The translations under genes were made by a program, and so were the position numbers. This document shows, piece after piece, positions 57,542 to 64,000 of a stretch of DNA of 64,000 bases. The stretch comes from Verrucomicrobiia bacterium (GTDB lineage Bacteria; Verrucomicrobiota; Verrucomicrobiia; Palsa-1439). Below the pieces are notes generated by a model. It had not been told where the DNA came from and did no database searches. It saw only the letters and a list, made by a program, of their open reading frames with translations. Location: the NCBI GenBank assembly GCA_050008795.1, contig JBEKLX010000001.1, positions 3,455 to 67,454 of the forward strand, written 5' to 3'. Each line of letters starts with the position of its first letter. Position 1 is the stretch's first letter.

Positions 57542-58633
57542 TTATTCATTGCCTTGCCGCCCCGCAACGGCGCGCGTCGCCGCCAGACGCTGCTGGATAC
57601 CGGCGCGTAACGCTGTCTGGCGATCGGTGGTCGCCGCTAATGCCGATTTGAAGGCGGCAAGCGCATCGTCCACCTTCCCCTGTTTTAAAAGAACGCTGCC
57701 GAGTGTGTCGAAGTAGTAAGCGCGATGCGACGGGCGCAGCGCGATCGCGTGCTGGCAAAGCTGAACAGCTTGATCTAGGTCCGCGCCAAGTTCCGCGGAT
57801 ACAGAAGCGAGATTGTTAATGGCATCGGCATTTTCAGAATCGAGCTGCACAGCCCGTGCATAGGCGGCCGCCGCTTTTTTGAACAGCTTTTGTTCGAGCA
57901 ACGCATTGCCGAGATTCATTTGGAAGTAAGAGTTGCCGGGCCGCAACCGGACCGCGGCACGATAGTGCTCGGTTGCCGTAGGGATCTGACCGGTACGCTC
58001 GAAAAACACGCCGAGATCGTTCTGTTCATCTGCCGACAACGCCCAAGTCGCGCGCGCGGGCGGACAAATCAGCAGTGTCCAACGGTCGGCGTGATCCCAG
58101 AAACGGCGAAACTCATCCTGCGGGAATTGAACGTTCGCGCGGGTATCGGAATGCACCGTCAATGTTTGCTGAAAATCATCCACATCGAGCACGACAAAAT
58201 AGTGCCAGTGGTTGCCGAACCGCCCCAGGACGATCAGCGGCACACCCGCAGCCAGTTTCTCCCGCAGATCGTTTTCCGATCCGCGGTATTGCCGCGCCCA
58301 AAAGTTGAACTGGTGCGCGTAGTCGGCAAGTTCGGTCGTCAATGTCCCACGAACTTCCGGCAGGTAAATCGCTCCGGCAATGTCGTCCTGTGTCACGCGG
58401 TAGCCGTAGTAGTTGGCGATCATGGCCAGCGCCGCGGGACCACAGAAATTGGGTTTCTGCGCCACGAATGGAACGTCGAGCGTGACGCGGCGCGATGTTG
58501 TGGTAGCGCAACCGGAAAAGCCGATGACGATCACTAACAGAGACAGGAACCTGATGACGTATGCGGCATGGTGGCGGAGCGGTTTCACATCATCCGATGC
58601 GGAAAAAGATGTCACGAATGGCTTTTTTGCCAA
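57542..58633 (-). CDS. Peptidase C39-like domain lipoprotein fused to TPR repeats
   Basis: Lipobox LLVIVIGFSGC. C39-like cysteine region (FVAQKPNFCGPAALAMIANYYG) with a downstream His (GNHWHYFVV), then 4-5 TPR repeats. Confidence 0.65.
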   Translation of the reverse strand: MAKKPFVTSFSASDDVKPLRHHAAYVIRFLSLLVIVIGFSGCATTTSRRVTLDVPFVAQKPNFCGPAALAMIANYYGYRVTQDDIAGAIYLPEVRGTLTTELADYAHQFNFWARQYRGSENDLREKLAAGVPLIVLGRFGNHWHYFVVLDVDDFQQTLTVHSDTRANVQFPQDEFRRFWDHADRWTLLICPPARATWALSADEQNDLGVFFERTGQIPTATEHYRAAVRLRPGNSYFQMNLGNALLEQKLFKKAAAAYARAVQLDSENADAINNLASVSAELGADLDQAVQLCQHAIALRPSHRAYYFDTLGSVLLKQGKVDDALAAFKSALAATTDRQTALRAGIQQRLAATRAVAGRQGNE

Positions 58634-58955
58634 CGCATTCCTGAACCTTCTGGAGCAATAGGGCCTTGTGGAAGCGCTGAAGTTCCTGCAGCCAGATGGG
58701 ATGATCTACTGCGACAACGAGGATGCCGTTGCGCAAACTGACGGGATGGGCGTGGCTGGCGACGTCAGCGCCAACGATTTGCTGCCAAAGATGAAATACC
58801 TGCGATTCCTGCAGACGTTTCTCCAGGCCGAACCCCTTCATCACCGACGGCACGAGCGCGTTCATTGCCGTTGTTGCCTTGCCGGGAGAGAACGACTCGC
58901 GCGACGGGAATTGCCGCCATTCCTGCAGAACTTGATTGCGCAATGCGGGGGTCAC
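58590..58955 (-). CDS. DUF721/DciA-like protein
   Basis: LWQQIVGADVASHAHPVSLRNGILVVAVDHPIWLQELQ matches the DUF721 (DciA) family pattern. Confidence 0.6.
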   Translation of the reverse strand: MTPALRNQVLQEWRQFPSRESFSPGKATTAMNALVPSVMKGFGLEKRLQESQVFHLWQQIVGADVASHAHPVSLRNGILVVAVDHPIWLQELQRFHKALLLQKVQECVGKKAIRDIFFRIG

Positions 58956-58965
58956 TATTATGGCC

Positions 58966-59214
58966 TCACTTGGCTACTGCGCCATCGTCTCCGATGGCCT
59001 CCACGGGGCAACCTTCCTTGGCTTCCTTGCAGAGCGTCTCTTCCTCAGGCGTGGTCGGCTGCTTGAATACGTAGCTGAAGCTGCCGTCTTCATTGCGCGT
59101 GAAATTGTCCGGCGCGGTTTCCCGGCACAAATCGCAATCAATACACTGATCATCCACGTAATACTTGCCGGACACGTTCTCGGGATACCGATTTGCAAAC
59201 ACCGCCATCGTCAT
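58966..59214 (-). CDS. fdx: Ferredoxin (single cluster, CxxCxxC...CP)
   Basis: 82 aa: YYVDDQCIDCDLCRETAPDNF...EGCPVEAI. Confidence 0.85.
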   Translation of the reverse strand: MTMAVFANRYPENVSGKYYVDDQCIDCDLCRETAPDNFTRNEDGSFSYVFKQPTTPEEETLCKEAKEGCPVEAIGDDGAVAK

Positions 59215-59407
59215 TTTCCTCTACGCACACGATTATAGCAGAGTGTCATGCTGGTTCAATCCGATTCTCCCATGACGGCCTGCGCCAGTTCGTGTTGCGC
59301 GGATTGCAGACCGGATCCTTTCCCGTGCGCCTTGATTTCCCGTTGAACGCTGTTACCGTCTACGGTGTCAGACTTGGGCAGAACCACTAAAACTGGAGAT
59401 ATCAATC

Positions 59408-60928
59408 ATGAACCGTAGTAAAGCATTGCAGCGAATTGTCATTTTGTTCTGCGCGGCAACGATTCTGGCCGGCACAACCGCGTCAGTTGCCGCAAAACCT
59501 GTGTCCCCAGCCCCGCCAGCCGATGTTGCCGCGGCGCGCGCATTGAGCGGTGTTTTCAATGCAGCTGCGGAACGGGTGCAGCCCGCTGTAGTCAGTGTTT
59601 ACTCCGAAAAGGTGGTCAAGTTCCGCAACTTCGAATGGTCGTTACCATTCGATCAAGATTCCCCGTTCAGATGGTTTTTCGATCAACCGCAGGATGAGCA
59701 ACGCGCACCACGTCGACACGGTCTTCGCGAATACAAAGTTCCGCAACGCGGCCTAGGCTCAGGCATCATCGTGGACAAGGAAGGCCACATTCTGACTAAT
59801 AACCACGTCGTCCACGACGTGGATGAAATCAAAGTAACTCTTGCTGACAAACGTGTCTTTGACGCCGAAGTCGTGGGTGCCGATGCGAAGACCGATTTGG
59901 CCATCATCAAGATCAAAGGCAAAGTGCCGGACGATTTGCCCGTTGCCGAGCTCGGCGATTCCGATGTGATGCGGATTGGCGATTGGGTGTTGGCCATCGG
60001 CGCGCCGTTCGGTTACGCACAGACAGTGACTCTTGGCGTCGTCAGTGCCAAGGGCCGCGTGGTGGGCCTTATGCGCGATGATAAAGGCTCGCTCCAAAGC
60101 TACGAAGACTTCATCCAGACCGATGCCGCAATCAATCCCGGCAACTCCGGCGGCCCACTGGTGAATATCGACGGACAAGTCGTAGGCATCAACACTGTTA
60201 TAGCCACCAGCGTTGGACAGTATGCAGGAGTCGGGTTCGCCATTCCAAGTTCAATGGTCAAACAGGTCATGCCCGTGCTTCTCAAGGGCGGCAAAGTCAC
60301 CCGCGGCTTGCTCGGCGTCATGATTCAGGAGATCGATTCCGAACTCGCCAAACAGTTTGGTCTGTCCGACACCAAAGGCGCACTTGTCGCGCAGATAAAC
60401 AAGGATTCACCTGCCGAGAAAGCTGGCATCAAGGTCGGCGACGTTATCCTCCGGTTCGATGATAAAGTGGTTGAAGACACTTCTTACCTTCGCAACCTTG
60501 TTGCGGCCACTGCGCCCGGCACGAAGGCCGATATCGTTGTCCTCCGTGATGGCAAAGAGAAGACCATCCGCGTGACCGTCGGGACGCTCACTGCCGAAAC
60601 AGGCGACGCAGGCGCCGAGGCAGGCGGCGAAACGGAGTCCACCTCCGGCTTCGGCATTACAGTCGCGCCGTTGACTGCCGACAAGGCCAAGGAGCTTGGG
60701 TACGAAAAAGATGAGGGCGTGTTGATCACCGAAATCGAGGACAACAGTCCCGCTGCACGCGCTGAACTTCGTCCCGGCGACCTAATCACGGAGATCAACC
60801 GCGAGAAAGTCACCACCCTGGCTCAGTGCAAGGATGCCATAGCCAAGGCGAAAGACAAGGAAAGCATCCTCATTCTGATCAAACGTCAGGGCGCCAGCCG
60901 GTTTGTCATCGTGCGAGTGAAAGAATAG
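59408..60928 (+). CDS. htrA: Periplasmic serine endoprotease DegP/HtrA family (trypsin-like domain plus two PDZ domains)
   Basis: Catalytic triad context (HVVHD, D, GNSGGPL) followed by two PDZ domains. Confidence 0.9.
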   Translation: MNRSKALQRIVILFCAATILAGTTASVAAKPVSPAPPADVAAARALSGVFNAAAERVQPAVVSVYSEKVVKFRNFEWSLPFDQDSPFRWFFDQPQDEQRAPRRHGLREYKVPQRGLGSGIIVDKEGHILTNNHVVHDVDEIKVTLADKRVFDAEVVGADAKTDLAIIKIKGKVPDDLPVAELGDSDVMRIGDWVLAIGAPFGYAQTVTLGVVSAKGRVVGLMRDDKGSLQSYEDFIQTDAAINPGNSGGPLVNIDGQVVGINTVIATSVGQYAGVGFAIPSSMVKQVMPVLLKGGKVTRGLLGVMIQEIDSELAKQFGLSDTKGALVAQINKDSPAEKAGIKVGDVILRFDDKVVEDTSYLRNLVAATAPGTKADIVVLRDGKEKTIRVTVGTLTAETGDAGAEAGGETESTSGFGITVAPLTADKAKELGYEKDEGVLITEIEDNSPAARAELRPGDLITEINREKVTTLAQCKDAIAKAKDKESILILIKRQGASRFVIVRVKE

Positions 60929-60948
60929 AGCAGACCATAGATATGAAT

Positions 60949-60985
60949 ACGGGGGCACGGCGCGCCGTGTCCCCGTGTTGTTTAT
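60949..60985 (+). terminator. Intrinsic terminator after htrA
   Basis: ACGGGGGCACGGCG/CGCCGTGTCCCCGT (13-bp stem, 1 mismatch) followed by GTTGTTTAT. Confidence 0.6.
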
Positions 60986-61005
60986 CGGTAAATTTCTGCG
61001 TTCGC

Positions 61006-62340
61006 CTACGGCCTGATGGCCATGGTCATCAACTCCACTGTCCTGTCGGTTGCGCCGACATTGGCGGCGATGACGCGTTGGGCGGAAGCGGTAATCTTTC
61101 CGCGAAGGTGTTCATCCTGCAGCAAATCCTGTAACGCATGACGCAGTTCGTACACGTCCTGCACTTGCACGCAGGCATCTTCAGCGACGAACTGCCGCGA
61201 GATCTCCAAAAAATTCTCCATGTGCGGACCAAACACAACTGGATGACCACTCGCCGCGGCCTCGACGATGTTCTGGCCGCCCTGCCCCACCAAACTTTTG
61301 CCGACGAAGATTACCGTGGCGATTTGGTAGAAGCGCCTTAACTCGCCGGTCGTGTTCACCAGCAGGCAGTCCGGCTTGTCCACCACTGCTCCGACAGGAG
61401 TCGCGAGTCCTTCTCGGACCTGACCCACGGCACTGCGCAGTATCAAGCTCACCTGCTTGTGCTTCGCCAGTTCTACGATCTCTGGCGCGCGTTCGACATG
61501 CCGCGGCACCAGGACAAGAAACAGGTCGGGGAACTTTGCGCGGAGCTGCTGAAGCATGTCGAACAGGATTTCATCTTCACCGGGGTGCGTGCTACCGGCG
61601 ACGAGCACGGATCGCATCGGCGCGATGCCGATTTGACGTAGAATCTGCGCGGGATCGAACTTCGCGGCAGCGACGTTCTGCGGCAGCGCAGCGTCGTACT
61701 TCATATTGCCGGTCATGTGGACACGGTCGCGCGGCACGCCTGCGGCAAGGAAGTTCTCCATATCCTGCGGACTTTGCGCGCAGACAAGGCGCAACTCACC
61801 GAACACGCGGCGGAACAACCAGCCAACCTTCTGGTAGCCCAGCGCGGAACGAGGCGACATCCGGCCGTTGACGAGAAAAACCGGGATGCCTCTCCGTGCG
61901 GCCTCCCAGACGTGGTTCGGCCACAACTCCGATTCGATCAGGATGATAAAATCGGGTTGGATGAGGTTGTAGGCGCGCTTCACCGTCCACAAAAAATCCT
62001 GGGGGAAATACAGCAATTCGACCTCTTTCGGCAACCGTTCCCGAGCCAACGCGTAGCCAGTTGAAGTGGTCACGGTTAGAACCATCTGGTACTGCGGGAA
62101 CGCGTGGCGGAGCGACTGGAGGAGTCGCAGTGTGAGGTTGACTTCGCCGACGCTGACGGCCTGAATCCAGCAGCGTGGCTTCAGCTTTTTCTCCAACCGC
62201 TGCCGAACTTCAGGGGCGTAACTGCCAAATCGTTGGGAAAAATTTTCCCGGTACTTCCCGCGCTTCCACATCTTATAAAGAAACACTGGACTGAGCACGA
62301 CAAAGCCCAGCGCATGGAGAACCGTGTAAAGCAACCTCAT
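61006..62340 (-). CDS. waaA: 3-deoxy-D-manno-octulosonic acid (Kdo) transferase
   Basis: 444-aa ORF with similarity to glycosyltransferase family 30 (SVGEV...). Confidence 0.85.
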   Translation of the reverse strand: MRLLYTVLHALGFVVLSPVFLYKMWKRGKYRENFSQRFGSYAPEVRQRLEKKLKPRCWIQAVSVGEVNLTLRLLQSLRHAFPQYQMVLTVTTSTGYALARERLPKEVELLYFPQDFLWTVKRAYNLIQPDFIILIESELWPNHVWEAARRGIPVFLVNGRMSPRSALGYQKVGWLFRRVFGELRLVCAQSPQDMENFLAAGVPRDRVHMTGNMKYDAALPQNVAAAKFDPAQILRQIGIAPMRSVLVAGSTHPGEDEILFDMLQQLRAKFPDLFLVLVPRHVERAPEIVELAKHKQVSLILRSAVGQVREGLATPVGAVVDKPDCLLVNTTGELRRFYQIATVIFVGKSLVGQGGQNIVEAAASGHPVVFGPHMENFLEISRQFVAEDACVQVQDVYELRHALQDLLQDEHLRGKITASAQRVIAANVGATDRTVELMTMAIRP

Positions 62341-62909
62341 CGGGCTGTAACAATACCGAACTCAGCGGGTCGATGCGACGAGTTTTTTGCCCCAGTTGCC
62401 GCTTGCGGATCGCGCCTGACGGATTGCCGCAAACACGACATTGCGGGTTTGCGTGCCCGCATCTCGTCGGACTCGGTTCGTCCCGCAGTCGCAGGACTCG
62501 GCTTCCGGACCGGCAGTCCTGTTGTTGGTAGCAGTGTAAAGATGCGCCCCGACTTCACGGCATGGTAAGATTGTCGTGCAGGGATTCTCGGTTCTGCTAT
62601 AATTAGCTTGATTCTATTGCTACATCCGGCGTACTGGCTAAGTTGAGTCCGCACATGAACGGGCATGAAGGTAAAGGAGGTGCAGCAGCGATAACAGCAG
62701 GAGTATAGGGCCGGGTCTCTCTTTTCCCCAGTAATTGCGATTCACAACACCCGTAGCCGTCGTATCGAACGGTTCTTTAACATAACAGCAAAGGCAGAAT
62801 GGATACCATGCCGCGGCATAACCATTTGGAATCCGTCTGCTGGCCATTTCAGCAGCACCGGTTCTCCCTGCTATCTGATCGGGGACTCTCCTCGCCAGTC
62901 TTACCCCTG

Positions 62910-62950
62910 AGCACCCGATCGTGAAGCACGAGCCGGTGCTGCCTTTTTTT
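62910..62950 (+). terminator. Plus-strand intrinsic terminator closing an orphan transcription unit
   Basis: AGCACC-CGAT-CGTG-AAG-CACG-AGCC-GGTGCT followed by GCC and TTTTTTT (62944-62950). Oriented for the plus strand only. Confidence 0.65.
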
Positions 62951-62952
62951 GC

Positions 62953-64000
62953 TCAAGCGTAGTACTGGCAATTGAGATCAGGGAAAATATTATCGCGCCA
63001 CTCGACGCTGGCCAACCATGGCTCGTCGATGCGACCCGATTTGATCTGTTCGTACAGGCGGGTGAAACGGAGAAGGTGGTCTTTTGTGCGCTTGACCGCG
63101 TACTGCACAGTCGTTCCCGTCTTCATGATGAACGCCCAGTCGCTGGCTTGCGCCAGCAACAATTCCCGGGCTGCCTGGCGCAGCGCGCGCTGACAGAGTG
63201 GATCGTTGCGCTGGAAATGCCGGACCAACTCTGTCATCCGCCCCGCCGCAACGTGCAGGTGCGGGTAAATCCACGCATTGGATCCTTCGAGCCAGACCTC
63301 CCAGTAACCTTTGTTGCCCCAACTCGACGCGCTCGGGGTAACAATCTGCTGGGTCGGGAACATCCGCAGATATTCACTTGGCGTGATCAGTTTAAACACC
63401 TGCTGGTCGTAGGCGACTTTGCGCATGAAGTAGTCCAGAAATTCCGGCCCCTCGAACCACCAGTGCCCGTACAACTCCGCGTCGTATGGCGAAATGATGA
63501 GCGGCTCACGCCCCATCACGCCGTGAAGGTGTTCGATCTGCTTCTCGCGGTTGAACATGAAGTTGCCGGCATGGCTGGCGGCCTTCTCCAACGCGCGGTG
63601 CCGATTGTACGGTTGCTTGTGCGCCGTGCGACCGGTGATTTTATAGTACTTCACACCGGTGAAACACCGGATGCCGTCGGGATGGATGTACGGCTTGATA
63701 TACTCAAAATCGAGGTCGAACCCGACGTCGCGATAGAAATCGCGGTACTCGCAGTCGCCGGGGTAACCTTGCTCGGCGCTCCACACTTGCATGGATGATT
63801 CCGCGTCACGTCCGAATGCCGCCACACCTGCCGGCGTATACACGGGCGAGTAGATGCCGTAACGCGGACGCGGATTGCCGAACATGATCCCGTGGGTGTC
63901 CATGACAAACCAACGGATTTCCGCCTCCTGCAGGAAATCTTCGATGCCCGGCACATACGCGCACTCCGGCAGCCAGATGCCGCGCGGGTTGCACCCGAAA
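62953..64000 (-). CDS. Glycoside hydrolase family 57 protein (alpha-glucan branching enzyme-like); N-terminus beyond the window end
   Basis: C-terminal two-thirds of a GH57 fold (...HGVMGREPLIISPYDAELYGHWWFEGPEFL...). The reading frame is open to position 64000. Confidence 0.7.
   Translation of the reverse strand, partial: FGCNPRGIWLPECAYVPGIEDFLQEAEIRWFVMDTHGIMFGNPRPRYGIYSPVYTPAGVAAFGRDAESSMQVWSAEQGYPGDCEYRDFYRDVGFDLDFEYIKPYIHPDGIRCFTGVKYYKITGRTAHKQPYNRHRALEKAASHAGNFMFNREKQIEHLHGVMGREPLIISPYDAELYGHWWFEGPEFLDYFMRKVAYDQQVFKLITPSEYLRMFPTQQIVTPSASSWGNKGYWEVWLEGSNAWIYPHLHVAAGRMTELVRHFQRNDPLCQRALRQAARELLLAQASDWAFIMKTGTTVQYAVKRTKDHLLRFTRLYEQIKSGRIDEPWLASVEWRDNIFPDLNCQYYA

Overview
High-GC (~60%) bacterial chromosomal segment that is mostly core genome. 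On the minus strand it carries, in order, tRNA-Thr, a candidate 4.5S/SRP RNA, dnaX, ybaB, recR, mtnA and a HAD hydrolase; this order matches the scr-dnaX-ybaB-recR synteny known from B. subtilis. Core genes on the plus strand include der, a class II B12-dependent ribonucleotide reductase (nrdJ) preceded by two NrdR boxes, punA, cdd, rtcB, prmC, murA, ffh, rpsP, trmD, rplS, rnhB, lgt, rluD, udg, htrA and waaA. A complete Pho regulon is present: phoB and phoR, a phosphate porin, pstSCAB-phoU, and convergent pitA with a DUF47 gene. Textbook Pho boxes (CTGTCAC-like 7-mers at 11-bp spacing) sit upstream of phoB and pstS. Three tRNAs were found: Thr-CGT, Thr-TGT and Glu-CTC. Accessory content falls into three places. 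(i) A ~4 kb repeat-punctuated cassette cluster at 47.8-51.7 kb holds a two-TM coiled-coil membrane protein, a DUF4870 protein, a minimal nucleotidyltransferase, a hicB-hicA module and an MA-family zinc peptidase. These are separated by three families of near-identical structured repeats, and several cassettes carry their own sigma70-like promoters. This is my best candidate for an undescribed system or mobile cassette array. (ii) A lower-GC island at 32.0-37.0 kb holds a RelE/ParE toxin-antitoxin pair flanked by 54-bp direct repeats, each built from two perfect palindromes, plus a membrane protein overlapping a 1006-aa M64 (IgA-peptidase-like) metalloprotease with PKD/Ig-like repeats. (iii) A lower-GC orphan beta-class DNA methyltransferase lies convergent with, and overlapping, yraN. 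Other non-coding oddities are a cluster of seven GC-rich hairpins at 6.2-6.4 kb and an orphan promoter-to-terminator unit at 62.6-62.95 kb with no convincing ORF. No CRISPR array, rRNA or integrase was seen.
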